A DNA stretch of 64,000 nucleotides from Candidatus Omnitrophota bacterium (GCA_018062515.1 JAGOSC010000004.1:9811-73810); one strand, 5' to 3'. Shown: positions 40,198-50,667, counted from the first letter of the stretch. Notes: a model not told the origin generated them from the letters alone. Made by a program: numbers and translations.

Positions 40198-41831
40198 GTC
40201 AAAATGTATGGTTTATCAAAAAGGTTTAATAACATATTGATTTCTTCCGCGTTCCAAATCCAGAACCGTTCCTGTAACGCTTTTAATTTGGCGTGATCAT
40301 CCGGTTTTGATAATGATATGATCAGGCACTTCTCGATCTTTTTACTCGATTTCCTCGCCTTTTCGATGATAGAAACAATATCATTTTCCAAAAAGCTGTC
40401 TTTCTTTAATACAATTAGCCACGTCGAGTTTTCCGTATCCGCTTTGATAATATCCGCAAAGAAATCCTGATTAATCCTCAACTTTTCTGAAGTAATATCC
40501 CGGAATGTGGGAAGCATGTATTTTCGGCCGTTTAAGTCAATTGTTTCATTCTCAAAACATCCTAACAATTCAATAATTCTTGAATAAAAATCTTTTCCCG
40601 CCGTCGCTTGGAACTGATCGACATAATTATGAAACTCAGAACGAAACTGTATTCTTTGGCGGTCAGGTGTAAGCTCAATACCATTTAGTCTTTTTTGGTA
40701 TACAAACTTAACCCAGTATTTAAATAATTTATCTTTGAAATAGAATAACTTTCCGTTCTTAAAAATGATTCCCTCATCTTGGAGTTTAACCAGTTTTTGA
40801 TTTAACTGAGTTTTATTAATATCGACTTCATCCAACAAATCTTCCGCTTTTTGTATTCCCATGGATATGGCAATCAATATATTGGAAATGACTTTATTCC
40901 CTTTACCGCTGCACCAATCATTGATGATCAATTCAAAATGACGGCTAATCACTCCCCATCGGTCAAACAACAAATTCTCGATCGACTGGGCAACTAAAGG
41001 CAAGAATATTTCATTCTGTTGATGCAAAACTTTTAAATTGGTTAGCTCCTTGCAAATCAGCTGTAAATAAAGCGGATATCCACCCGTGAATTCCGTCAGA
41101 AAATTAGCTAAATTCTGATCCATTTTGGATCCTTCCAACAGATTTGCGGTAAATTCTCGACTAGTATGAATATCAAATGCTTCCAGCTCGACGGATTCAA
41201 AATTTCCAAATAATAATGATAATTTCTCGGCCAATATTTTTTGAGCGGTATATTTATATGAACTGGACAGGATATATAGACATTTTTTTTGGGTCATAAT
41301 TTTTGCGCCCAAGCTTGCAAAAACATCCGGGATTCCAAACTCCTCGAGCGCCTGAAATTCATCAAAAATGAGAACACAAAATTGTCCGGATTCATTGGTA
41401 TAAATTTCAGGCAAAGCCATAAGGCCTAAAAAGGAATTGGCTAATTTTCCTTTTCCTAAATTCAGTTGAATATTTTTAATGACATCGACGGTGTGCGGTA
41501 TAAATCTTTTGGCTTCTTCAATAAGCAGGTTGAGATCATCATGATGCGGAAGCTGTTTGTTTTTTAAATAGTGATACAGCATACTCGCGCTGAATTTATG
41601 AAAGAAATAAAAAATATCTTTATGATCCAAATCAAAATAGATGGGAGTGACTTTATTGTCATCGAGGTTATACAAAAATTCCTGCAAAACAGCGGTTTTT
41701 CCGATATACCGATGTCCGGTAAAAGCGATATTGTGCCGGTACCCTTCTTTTAAATCCAGAACTCTCTTCTTAAGAAGTTGTAATGTTTCTTTACGGCCAA
41801 AAAAATGATGTTCAAAATCTAATGGGTTCAT
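40194..41831 (-). CDS. Archaeal-type ATPase (ATPase_2/DUF234 family)
   Basis: Walker A GHRYIGKT and Walker B ILIFDEFQ. 545 aa. C-terminal DUF234-like region. Confidence 0.55.
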   Translation of the reverse strand: MNPLDFEHHFFGRKETLQLLKKRVLDLKEGYRHNIAFTGHRYIGKTAVLQEFLYNLDDNKVTPIYFDLDHKDIFYFFHKFSASMLYHYLKNKQLPHHDDLNLLIEEAKRFIPHTVDVIKNIQLNLGKGKLANSFLGLMALPEIYTNESGQFCVLIFDEFQALEEFGIPDVFASLGAKIMTQKKCLYILSSSYKYTAQKILAEKLSLLFGNFESVELEAFDIHTSREFTANLLEGSKMDQNLANFLTEFTGGYPLYLQLICKELTNLKVLHQQNEIFLPLVAQSIENLLFDRWGVISRHFELIINDWCSGKGNKVISNILIAISMGIQKAEDLLDEVDINKTQLNQKLVKLQDEGIIFKNGKLFYFKDKLFKYWVKFVYQKRLNGIELTPDRQRIQFRSEFHNYVDQFQATAGKDFYSRIIELLGCFENETIDLNGRKYMLPTFRDITSEKLRINQDFFADIIKADTENSTWLIVLKKDSFLENDIVSIIEKARKSSKKIEKCLIISLSKPDDHAKLKALQERFWIWNAEEINMLLNLFDKPYILT

Positions 41832-42511
41832 GGCAAATAATATAAAGGGTTATCCGCGTACTTATTTTTTCGGATTTCAAAGTGTAAACTGGCCAATTGT
41901 TGCTGTTCACCGACGTTAGCGATCGGATCAGCCTTTTTGACAACATCGCCGTATTTTACTAATAATTTTGCATTCTTCGAATACACCGTGTGGAAACCGT
42001 CTTGATGATCAATGATAATCATATAACTTTGCCCCGGAAGGTAATCGGCAAAAACGACCTTTCCTGAGCGTGCGGCCTTCACCGTTTCTCCTCGAGTCAC
42101 TTTAATGTCTATGCCTTTGGATAAGACTTCATTATTTCTCTTATTAAAGTATCCGACGATCTTTCCTTTAACAGGCCAAGCAAAATCTTCTTTTTTTCCG
42201 GAGCTTTCATTATAAACAACTTTTGTTTTAGACGCCCCGTCAGGAATAAGAATCAATTGATCCACTTCGATTTTACCCATGTCCGGTATGTTATTTGATT
42301 TGACAATGTCGTCCGTCGTTACATTATACATTTTGGCGATCGTATAGATTGTCTCTTTTTTCTTAACTTTGTGATAATTACCCTTTGGTTTTGATATAGG
42401 CGGGGGCTGTGTGAGAACGATGGCGTCTGGAGGAAGGGTCTCCATTGAAGCACATCCACTCAATATAAGAATCGTTGCGGCAAGGACAAAAAAATTAAAT
42501 CTCGAATACAT
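41828..42511 (-). CDS. LysM plus M23 peptidase lipoprotein
   Basis: Lipobox ILSGCAS. LysM (YHKVKKKETIYTIAKMYNVT). M23 core (GIDIKV...HQDGFHTVYS). Confidence 0.7.
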   Translation of the reverse strand: MYSRFNFFVLAATILILSGCASMETLPPDAIVLTQPPPISKPKGNYHKVKKKETIYTIAKMYNVTTDDIVKSNNIPDMGKIEVDQLILIPDGASKTKVVYNESSGKKEDFAWPVKGKIVGYFNKRNNEVLSKGIDIKVTRGETVKAARSGKVVFADYLPGQSYMIIIDHQDGFHTVYSKNAKLLVKYGDVVKKADPIANVGEQQQLASLHFEIRKNKYADNPLYYLP

Positions 42512-42531
42512 AAAGAAATCTCGTAAAAAAA

Positions 42532-43173
42532 TTAATTTTTAGAAAGAATATTACGTTTGAATGCCTGAGTCACCTGAGCAATGTTTTCGGCCAAACATAT
42601 GGCCCGACAAACAGCAAAACAGCGCACACCTTTTTCTTTTAGAATTTCTATATTCTCGACGGTAATACCGCCAATAGCAAAAACGGGAATCTTAATGGTC
42701 GTTGCCACTTTTTCCAATAACAATAAATCCATTGAATCACGGTCGGGTTTTGTCAGAGTTTTGAAGACTGAGCCAAAACCAATATAATCAGCCCCTTCAT
42801 CTTGAGCTTTTTTAGCTTGCTCAAACGTTTGACAAGAAATCCCAATTATCTTTTCGTTTCCAAGGATCTTACGGGCATATTTTAAAGATAAGTCATCTTG
42901 TCCAAGATGTACACCCGCAGCGTCGATCGAATCACAAATGTCGACACGATCATTGATAATAAACGGCATTTGCTTATTTACTTCTTTACTAAATTCCTGA
43001 TAAAACTTTATGATTTTCTTTGCCGAGCCTGATTTATCCCGCAACTGAATGATATCAACACCGTGATTAACCGCTTCCAAAGCTATCATAAGCAGATGTT
43101 CATAATTCGTTACTTCAGCATCCAAAATCAAATACAAACTAAAATCGTCCGATAACTTTCTTTTCCAATTCAT
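42532..43173 (-). CDS. thiE: Thiamine-phosphate synthase
   Basis: TIM-barrel ThiE motifs (LYLILDAEV, HLGQDDL, GFGSVF). Confidence 0.8.
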   Translation of the reverse strand: MNWKRKLSDDFSLYLILDAEVTNYEHLLMIALEAVNHGVDIIQLRDKSGSAKKIIKFYQEFSKEVNKQMPFIINDRVDICDSIDAAGVHLGQDDLSLKYARKILGNEKIIGISCQTFEQAKKAQDEGADYIGFGSVFKTLTKPDRDSMDLLLLEKVATTIKIPVFAIGGITVENIEILKEKGVRCFAVCRAICLAENIAQVTQAFKRNILSKN

Positions 43174-43555
43174 AAACTTTATACCGCAGCTGCTTGAGCT
43201 TCATTGAACAATCTTGATCCAAAAGTTTTGTGCATTCTTCCAACACACGTATGGATTCTTTAATCCTTTGTGAATTGGCGTAAAAAATATCTTCGACCTT
43301 AGATCGAGTCAACTCACTTTTCGTCGTGCCGCGTCCTTTATCGTTCTCAATATCCCGTGACAAAATAATATGGCTGATATTTAATGGCTCAATGAGTTTT
43401 GTCAAAGAATGCCGAACGTTTTTATACGATCTGGTCAACGTCGGCAAATCAAAAAAGAAACGGCACACATCTTCACAGACCCTTAATGCTTCTTTGGCGC
43501 GGTTAAAATTGGCGTCCACCAAACGATAAACTTTTTTTTCATCTATCTTACGCAC
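43139..43555 (-). CDS. ThiE-associated N-terminal-domain-like protein, encoded as a separate overlapping ORF
   Basis: YRLVDANFNRAKEALRVCEDVCRF resembles the N-terminal domain that is fused to ThiE in cyanobacteria and Thermotogae (from memory). Overlaps thiE by 35 nt in a different frame. Confidence 0.35.
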   Translation of the reverse strand: MRKIDEKKVYRLVDANFNRAKEALRVCEDVCRFFFDLPTLTRSYKNVRHSLTKLIEPLNISHIILSRDIENDKGRGTTKSELTRSKVEDIFYANSQRIKESIRVLEECTKLLDQDCSMKLKQLRYKVYELEKKVIGRF

Positions 43556-44027
43556 TTTTTTTAATCAATTCGATAATATTGGTTGATGACCAACCCTTTT
43601 CAAACTTTATATATTCGATTTTTCCGCCGTATGATTTTACGAAATCCTCGCCGACAATTCCTTTACCTTTCCAATCCGCCCCTTTAATCAGCACATCCGG
43701 TTTAACCGCTTTGATCAAACTCAGCGGAGTCGGTGCAGAAAAAATGGTTACATAATCCACGCTCTCTAAAGCTGCTAAAACAGCTGCCCGCTCATGTTGA
43801 GGAACAATCGGACGAGTTGGACCTTTAATCTTCCTAACCGACTGATCGCTATTAACACCTAACACCAAAATGCGATGATTCTTTTTTGCCTTTTCCAAAT
43901 AAGCAACATGCCCGAAATGTAAAATGTCAAAACAACCGTTTGTGAACGCTATCGTCTTTCCGGATTTTCTTAATCGATGCAGTTCTTTTTTTAACTGAAT
44001 GAGCGATAATGTCTTATTCTTAATCAC
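43548..44027 (-). CDS. D-beta-D-heptose-1-phosphate adenylyltransferase-like cytidylyltransferase (RfaE domain II type)
   Basis: IAFTNGCFDILHFGHVAYL (HxGH nucleotidyltransferase). 159 aa. Next to gmhA. Confidence 0.65.
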   Translation of the reverse strand: MIKNKTLSLIQLKKELHRLRKSGKTIAFTNGCFDILHFGHVAYLEKAKKNHRILVLGVNSDQSVRKIKGPTRPIVPQHERAAVLAALESVDYVTIFSAPTPLSLIKAVKPDVLIKGADWKGKGIVGEDFVKSYGGKIEYIKFEKGWSSTNIIELIKKSA

Positions 44028-44030
44028 AAA

Positions 44031-44603
44031 TTAATGACTGAATTGATTTTCAACCAACTCGCAAATCGCGTGATAAATACACATATGCGATTCTTGTATC
44101 CTGGCGGTTGAGGTCGACGGCACAACAATATTTACATCAGCCTTATCTTTTAATTGTCCTCCACCACATCCGGATAACACAATGGTTTTTAAACCCAGTT
44201 CCTTTGCTTTTTGAATGGCCAAAATAACATTTTTTGAATTTCCGCTCGTCGATAATCCAAACGCTACGTCGCCTTTTCTTCCGAGTCCCTCAATCTGGCG
44301 GGAAAAAATAGTATCAAATGAATAATCATTACTCAAACAGGTTAAGATCGAACTGTCCGTCGTTAGCGCAATAGCAGCCAAAGCACGCCGTTCTTTCTTA
44401 AATCGTCCGATAAATTCAGCCGCGAAGTGTTGACTATCCGCTGCGGAGCCGCCATTTCCGAAAATAAGAATCTTTCCTTGAGCCGATAATGATTGGACAA
44501 TGATATCAACCGCCTTGGCAATCTCGTCGACATTTGCCTTCAGCGCCGCCTGTTTAACACTGACCGATTCTTCAAATATTTTTTGGATTTGTTCTTTCAT
44601 CAT
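44031..44603 (-). CDS. gmhA: Phosphoheptose isomerase (SIS domain)
   Basis: GNGGSAADSQHFAAE and LSTSGNSKNV. 190 aa. Confidence 0.8.
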   Translation of the reverse strand: MMKEQIQKIFEESVSVKQAALKANVDEIAKAVDIIVQSLSAQGKILIFGNGGSAADSQHFAAEFIGRFKKERRALAAIALTTDSSILTCLSNDYSFDTIFSRQIEGLGRKGDVAFGLSTSGNSKNVILAIQKAKELGLKTIVLSGCGGGQLKDKADVNIVVPSTSTARIQESHMCIYHAICELVENQFSH

Positions 44604-44606
44604 TAA

Positions 44607-45638
44607 TTAAGCCGCAAATACCTTGGCGATATCATAAATATCCGGTTCAATCGCTTTATGTTTACTGACCGCTTCCTTGATTGGAACCGCGCGTAATTTA
44701 TTTTCATGAATGGAAACCATCATTCCATATTTTTCTTGTTTAACCAGTTCAACCGCGTGAAAACCGAATCGGGTGCTAATAATCCGATCAAATGCCGTCG
44801 GAGAACCGCCTCTTTGAATGTGTCCCAAAACGCTGACACGCGTTTCAAAACCGGTTTTCGTTTCAATTAAATCAGCAACCAACTCACCAACCCGACTGAC
44901 CCGGTGATGCCGGATATTTTCCTGACGTTCAATTTCATTTTCATTCGAATAACCTTCAATAATTGTCCCTTCTGAAATAACAATAATACTGAACGTTTTT
45001 CCGCGTTTATGTCGAGATCTTAGCGAATCGCAGAGTTCTTCTATTTTTACCGGAAATTCAGGGACTAAAATAATATCCGCGCCTCCGGCAATACCGGCTT
45101 CAAGAGCGATCCAGCCTGTGTACCGGCCCATAACTTCAATAACAATGATGCGGTGATGACTTTCCGCCGTCGTGTGTAGTCGATCAATACATTGAGTGGC
45201 AATGTTTACCGCTGTATCGAATCCAAATGCATAATCTGTTCCGGTTAAAGAATTATCAACGGACTTGGGAACCCCAATAATCGGCATCTTGTATTGCTCA
45301 AATAAGGCTAATCCAATTTTTAATGTGTCTTCTCCACCGACGGCAATAAGCGCATCAATACCGCTGCGTTTAAAATTCTCCGCAATCTGTTCATTCATCT
45401 CTTTTTTGAGTGGAGGAATGACTCGGCTCGTCCCCAAAATGGTTCCTCCTCGATCTAAAATTCCAGAAACCAATTGAAGATCCAACACCTTCATGTCATT
45501 CTGCACTAAACCAGTCCATCCGTTCTTGATTCCGGTAACAACAAATCCTTCAGACACAGCTTTACGCACAACCGCCCTAATCACAGAATTCAATCCCGGA
45601 CAATCAGCGCCACCCGTCAAAATTCCTATTTTTTTCAT
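44607..45638 (-). CDS. pfkA: 6-phosphofructokinase, probably PPi-dependent
   Basis: GGADCPGLN. GGEDT (Asp at the Gly104-equivalent) and PKSVDN (Lys at the Gly124-equivalent) match the PPi-PFK signature. Confidence 0.7.
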   Translation of the reverse strand: MKKIGILTGGADCPGLNSVIRAVVRKAVSEGFVVTGIKNGWTGLVQNDMKVLDLQLVSGILDRGGTILGTSRVIPPLKKEMNEQIAENFKRSGIDALIAVGGEDTLKIGLALFEQYKMPIIGVPKSVDNSLTGTDYAFGFDTAVNIATQCIDRLHTTAESHHRIIVIEVMGRYTGWIALEAGIAGGADIILVPEFPVKIEELCDSLRSRHKRGKTFSIIVISEGTIIEGYSNENEIERQENIRHHRVSRVGELVADLIETKTGFETRVSVLGHIQRGGSPTAFDRIISTRFGFHAVELVKQEKYGMMVSIHENKLRAVPIKEAVSKHKAIEPDIYDIAKVFAA

Positions 45639-46262
45639 TTAGGCTCCATACCCTTGAAAAGGTACAATAGGTCCATTACTATCGCGATCCTGTCCGGATG
45701 ATTTCCTAGAGATATCTATTTTTTCTTTTGAACGTAAAGGATAAATTTTTCCGATATAAACCTCGACGGTGACTTTTTCATTAATGCCGATAGTATCTTT
45801 TATTCTTCGTAAAACTTCCAGCTGCACCATCGATGTTATTTCCGGAATGCTGGATTCTGACTTTAATTGCAAAGGAATCTTGGCCAAAAATTCTTTATTG
45901 GTTATACGGATCGTAGGACGGGCATCTTTGATTTCATTAAACTGAAGAAGCGTTCGTTTGATCAAATCCTCGAGAGCAAACAGAGATACACTTACGCGGC
46001 CGTTTGGATTTTCAAAGGTATAAATTTTATCTCGACGGACATTACCCGCCAGAATTCGATAAAAGATATAATTTAAAACCAGCAAAAACCCAGCCCAAAG
46101 GCCAGCCAGATGTTTTAAATCATCGTCGGTATAAACAATGTGGAGCAGCTTTATAAAATCTTGATAATTTAAATAGCCGAGGGACAGCGCTATCCAAAAA
46201 ACGGCAACGAACATGACAAACGTTGAATAAAACAGCAGACTTACTCTTTGAAAAAAATTCAT
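45639..46262 (-). CDS. Membrane-anchored hypothetical protein
   Basis: Two N-terminal TM helices plus a soluble domain. No recognised motif. Confidence 0.4.
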   Translation of the reverse strand: MNFFQRVSLLFYSTFVMFVAVFWIALSLGYLNYQDFIKLLHIVYTDDDLKHLAGLWAGFLLVLNYIFYRILAGNVRRDKIYTFENPNGRVSVSLFALEDLIKRTLLQFNEIKDARPTIRITNKEFLAKIPLQLKSESSIPEITSMVQLEVLRRIKDTIGINEKVTVEVYIGKIYPLRSKEKIDISRKSSGQDRDSNGPIVPFQGYGA

Positions 46263-46319
46263 AAAAAGCTCCTATCCATTGTTTGAATATGGACGATACG
46301 GTTTGTAAACTTCTTTGTA

Positions 46320-47678
46320 TTACTTTTGTTCATGATCTTTTTTGGCCATTTTCTCGAGGAAGTGCGTCGTCGCTCCACCCCGAAGAAATACCGGATTCTT
46401 TAAAATTTCTAAATGTAAACCCGCGGTGGTTTTGATCGGACTGATATAAAATTCTTCAAGCGCGCGAATCATCTTGCGTATCGCTTCATTTCTATCCTTA
46501 CCGTGCGTAATTATCTTGGCGACCATTGAATCATAATACGGTCCAATTTTGTATCCCGGATAAATATGCGTATCAATTCTAATTCCAGGCCCGCCGGGTA
46601 AATTTAATTGTTCAATCGTTCCCGGGCTGGGAATAAAATTATTCAACGGATCCTCAGCATTGATTCGGCATTCGATGGCAGCGCCGGAAAAGGTAATATC
46701 TTCTTGTTTATATGGCAATTTTTTACCGTTAGCGATATTAATCTGTTCTTTAACAATATCAATTCCCGTAATCATTTCCGTCACCGGATGTTCAACCTGA
46801 ATGCGTGTATTCATTTCCATAAAGAAAAATTCACCAGATTTGTTAACTAAAAATTCTATGGTCCCGACGCTGCGGTAATCCGCCGCCTTAGCGGCCTTGA
46901 TCGCCATGTCGCCCATGCGCTTTCTTAATTTCTGGTCTAAGATCGGTGATGGAGCTTCTTCCAAAAGTTTTTGATGCCGACGCTGTATGCTGCAGTCACG
47001 TTCGCCTAAATGAATAATATTTCCATAATTATCCGCCATGATTTGAAACTCAACGTGGCGGGGATCTTCAATATATTTTTCAATATAAACATCCGGATTT
47101 CCAAAATTCTTTTCGGCTTCATTCTGAGCAATATTAAATGAACTCGCCAAGGTGACGTCATTATGACAAACCCGCATGCCCTTACCGCCACCACCCGCTG
47201 ATGCTTTTACAATCACCGGATATTTTATTTTTTTGGCGATTTCAATCGCCTCTTCTTTACTTTTAACAACACCTTTTCCGCCGGGAGTTAAAGGAACGCC
47301 GGATTTTCGCATCGTATCTTTGGCCGTGACCTTGTCGCCCATCATCCGTATTGTTTTTGGGCTTGGACCAATAAATTTAATTTTGCACGATTCGCATATT
47401 TCAGCAAAGTGAGCATTCTCGGATAAAAACCCATAACCTGGATGAATCGCCTCAACATCGGTGATCTCAGCAGCGGATATAATGGCCGGAATATTCAAAT
47501 AACTGTCGACACTGGGTGGAGCGCCAATACACACCGCTTCGTCGGCAAAACGCACATGTAATGAGTCACGATCAGCTTCGGAAAATACGGCAACAGTTCT
47601 TATGTCCATTTCACGACAAGCACGAATAATTCTCAAGGCAATTTCGCCCCGGTTTGCTATAAGTATCTTAGAAAACAT
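46320..47678 (-). CDS. accC: Biotin carboxylase (acetyl-CoA carboxylase)
   Basis: ATP-grasp domain. [21 protein letters not shown]-terminus. Confidence 0.9.
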   Translation of the reverse strand: MFSKILIANRGEIALRIIRACREMDIRTVAVFSEADRDSLHVRFADEAVCIGAPPSVDSYLNIPAIISAAEITDVEAIHPGYGFLSENAHFAEICESCKIKFIGPSPKTIRMMGDKVTAKDTMRKSGVPLTPGGKGVVKSKEEAIEIAKKIKYPVIVKASAGGGGKGMRVCHNDVTLASSFNIAQNEAEKNFGNPDVYIEKYIEDPRHVEFQIMADNYGNIIHLGERDCSIQRRHQKLLEEAPSPILDQKLRKRMGDMAIKAAKAADYRSVGTIEFLVNKSGEFFFMEMNTRIQVEHPVTEMITGIDIVKEQINIANGKKLPYKQEDITFSGAAIECRINAEDPLNNFIPSPGTIEQLNLPGGPGIRIDTHIYPGYKIGPYYDSMVAKIITHGKDRNEAIRKMIRALEEFYISPIKTTAGLHLEILKNPVFLRGGATTHFLEKMAKKDHEQK

Positions 47679-47694
47679 AAATGTTCAATTCTGA

Positions 47695-48147
47695 TTAAAG
47701 GGGTTCAACGGTAAATAAAACTTGCCCGAATTCAACCGGTTGGGCATTTTCGACCAGCACTTCGGCGATCTTTCCTCGGACTTCCGATTTGATCTCATTC
47801 ATTAATTTCATGGCTTCGACAATACAAACGACCTGACCGACTTCGACGACCTGGCCGACTTCGATAAACCGCGGCGCGTCCGGTGATGGAGCAAGATAAA
47901 AAGTTCCGACCATCGGGGATTTGATTTCCAACCGATTGGAAGGTGTGGCTGTTGATTTTGAGTCTGATTTAACTTGGGGGGGAATTGCATCAATATGGAA
48001 GGGTGTGGGTGAATGGCGAATGATTTCCGGCGCGTCTCCAGAAGCTTTCTTTAACTTAATTTTGACTCCTTCACGCTCCAACTCAATTTCCGTTAAATCA
48101 TTTTCGTTCATTAAGTTGATCATTTCACGAATCTCTTTTAAATTCAT
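47695..48147 (-). CDS. accB: Biotin carboxyl carrier protein
   Basis: EAMKLMNEI biotinyl-lysine motif. Confidence 0.85.
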   Translation of the reverse strand: MNLKEIREMINLMNENDLTEIELEREGVKIKLKKASGDAPEIIRHSPTPFHIDAIPPQVKSDSKSTATPSNRLEIKSPMVGTFYLAPSPDAPRFIEVGQVVEVGQVVCIVEAMKLMNEIKSEVRGKIAEVLVENAQPVEFGQVLFTVEPL

Positions 48148-48710
48148 GTTTTTACCCTTTCGACATACACGCCGGTCCTGGTATCAATTTTAATTTTATC
48201 TCCAATGTCGATAAATAATGGCACAGGTACAGTTGCCCCGGTATCAATTTCTGCTGGTTTATTGCCGGATTTAGAGGTGTCGCCTTTATATCCTGGTTCT
48301 GTATGTATAACCTCAGCCGTGATAAACATAGGTAAATCAACTTTCAATAATTCATTGTCATAAAACATTCCTAAAACTTCGCAATTTTCCTGTAAAAACC
48401 GGACAGAATCACCGATCATATCTTTAGCCACAATCACCTCTTCAAAGGTCGTATTGTCCATAAAATGATAATTATCATCGGTATTATATAAATTCTGCAA
48501 TTTTCTTTCTTCTAAAAATATTTCTTCAATTTTGTCGGCGGATTTGATGGTTTTTTCTAAGACTTGATGAGTGCGGACATTTTTGATTTTGACTTTGGCA
48601 AATGCACCGCCTTTGCCGGGCTTGATGTGCTGACTGTCGACAACCATGAAAATATTGCCATCCATGAGGATACTGGCACCTGCTTTGATTTGATTAATTG
48701 ACATTCCCAC
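48144..48710 (-). CDS. efp: Elongation factor P
   Basis: 188 aa. KPGKGGAFAKVKIKN loop. Confidence 0.85.
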   Translation of the reverse strand: MGMSINQIKAGASILMDGNIFMVVDSQHIKPGKGGAFAKVKIKNVRTHQVLEKTIKSADKIEEIFLEERKLQNLYNTDDNYHFMDNTTFEEVIVAKDMIGDSVRFLQENCEVLGMFYDNELLKVDLPMFITAEVIHTEPGYKGDTSKSGNKPAEIDTGATVPVPLFIDIGDKIKIDTRTGVYVERVKT

Positions 48711-49746
48711 TGAGAATCACACAACCTTTCTTTTTGACCAAAATCATCTCTTCGAGACGTATACCAAATTGATTTGGCAAGTACACGGCTGGTTCGACGG
48801 TAACAATCATCCCAGCTTTTAAGGGTTTGGAATTGGTGTAATATAAACGAGGACTTTCGTGAATATCTAAGCCCACCCCATGCCCTAGAGAATGGCCAAA
48901 ATATTTTGCTAACTTTTTACTTTCCAGATATTTACGTGCTTTTAGATCAACTTCAGCGATGCTCACTCCATCACTAATGGAGGCGATCGCTATTTGCTGT
49001 GCTTCATGTACATGTGCTTCAATTTCCCTAACAAGATTTGGTATTCTACCTAAAAAGAACATACGTGTCAAGTCGGTCTTATAGCCATTTATGTCGATGC
49101 CCATATCGAGCAAAACAGGCTCATTATTCTTTATTTTTCTAGTAGTTACGCTCGCGTGCGGATAGCTGGAATTAGGCCCGGAAGCGATAATCGGCCTGAA
49201 GGAAAAGCCTACTTTTTCCGCCCTTACAAAAGCATCCAATTTATTAAAAACATCTTGTTCAGAGTTGCCAGGTTTAATATATTTCTTTATATAGATGAGC
49301 GCCTTTTGGTGAATTCTCAAGCCCTTTTTGATGAGGTCAATTTCGTCGGAATCTTTGATTTCTCGAAGAGACTCCACCAACGTATTCGCTTCAACCCATT
49401 TCACCTTTTTAGGGCTGTCCTTTTGCAGTTGTTTAAAACGAAGCAAGTTCCAGTGATTCTCATTGAATCCAACGCGTCGGATCTTTTCTTGCTCCAGCAA
49501 ATCGAACAAAGATTTAAATATGGACCCTTTGTAAAGGACCGGCTGAGCACCTTTAAGTCCCTTCTTTACTTCAAGAAAATAACGAAAATCTGTTAAATAA
49601 TATGATTTTTTTGGCGTGATGAGTAACCAAGATTCGCTGGCGGGATAGTTACAAAGATACTTAATGTCTGTATCATTGATTACGAGGAGAGCATCAATAT
49701 TGTATTGATCAAAAAGTGCTCGGGCTTTAGCAATGCGAAGTTTCAT
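48694..49746 (-). CDS. Xaa-Pro aminopeptidase/M24B peptidase
   Basis: Pita-bread fold (HGLGHGVGLDIHE, metal ligands D/D/H/E/E). Often linked to efp. Confidence 0.75.
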   Translation of the reverse strand: MKLRIAKARALFDQYNIDALLVINDTDIKYLCNYPASESWLLITPKKSYYLTDFRYFLEVKKGLKGAQPVLYKGSIFKSLFDLLEQEKIRRVGFNENHWNLLRFKQLQKDSPKKVKWVEANTLVESLREIKDSDEIDLIKKGLRIHQKALIYIKKYIKPGNSEQDVFNKLDAFVRAEKVGFSFRPIIASGPNSSYPHASVTTRKIKNNEPVLLDMGIDINGYKTDLTRMFFLGRIPNLVREIEAHVHEAQQIAIASISDGVSIAEVDLKARKYLESKKLAKYFGHSLGHGVGLDIHESPRLYYTNSKPLKAGMIVTVEPAVYLPNQFGIRLEEMILVKKKGCVILSGNVN

Positions 49747-49769
49747 TGTTTAACGGAAGCGTTGAAATA

Positions 49770-50213
49770 TTATTTGTTAATCAATTTAATTAAAGCGTCT
49801 AATCCAAGAAAATAACTTTCAACCCCAAAACCGGTAATTTGGCCGACACAAACCGGCGCGCACAAAGAAAGATGACGGAATTCTTCACGGGCATGAATGT
49901 TTGAAAGATGTACCTCAACCGTCGGTAAATTCGCCGCCGCAATCGCATCCCGTATAGCAATACTTGTGTGAGTATAAGCCGCTGGATTAATCAAAATTGC
50001 TTTATATTGCTTATCCTTGGCCGTACCGATCACATCAACAATTTCGCCTTCATGATTCGACTGAAACGTATCCAAAGCCACATTTTTTTCCTTGGCTTTA
50101 GAAATCAATTGCGTATTAATTTGATCTAGCGTCGTATTTCCATATATGCTATTTTCGCGTTGACCTAATAAATTTAAATTTGGTCCGTGAATGACTAAAA
50201 TTTTATTCGCCAT
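49770..50213 (-). CDS. aroQ: Type II 3-dehydroquinate dehydratase
   Basis: [16 protein letters not shown]. 147 aa. Confidence 0.85.
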   Translation of the reverse strand: MANKILVIHGPNLNLLGQRENSIYGNTTLDQINTQLISKAKEKNVALDTFQSNHEGEIVDVIGTAKDKQYKAILINPAAYTHTSIAIRDAIAAANLPTVEVHLSNIHAREEFRHLSLCAPVCVGQITGFGVESYFLGLDALIKLINK

Positions 50214-50585
50214 TTATTCCCTTTCCAAAATCCTTTTGGCCTTGCTTACTTCTAAAAATTTTATTTGAAGCTCATAAATCGACGCATCCAATAGATTTTC
50301 TTCTTTTTCTTCCAGGTTTCCCTTGGTTTTTTCACGGATCATCACCAAAGTATCGATCAAGAACTTCGCCTGGGGGATATTTTCTTCTTTTTGATTGGTC
50401 ATCGGGTGAGGAATTTCGCCCAAAAAAATAAGGGCTTGAAAACCTAGGCTGGTAATATAGTTCAGGAAATTGATTTCAAAAGGCACATCTTTTTCCGTTT
50501 CTTCTGCAGGTATTTCCTTTTCTTTCGAAACAGAATCTTTCCAAGATTCATCGATAAATTTATCGTCTTCCATAATTTCCCACAT
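50214..50585 (-). CDS. Hypothetical acidic protein (possibly DUF1844-like)
   Basis: 123 aa, Glu/Lys-rich. Abuts aroQ. Confidence 0.35.
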   Translation of the reverse strand: MWEIMEDDKFIDESWKDSVSKEKEIPAEETEKDVPFEINFLNYITSLGFQALIFLGEIPHPMTNQKEENIPQAKFLIDTLVMIREKTKGNLEEKEENLLDASIYELQIKFLEVSKAKRILERE

Positions 50586-50667
50586 TTTTAGATGATAACA
50601 GCGTTTGATTGAATAATTTTGTAAATTAATTAATGTAGAATATCATTTTAGCTTGCCCTTGTCAAAC

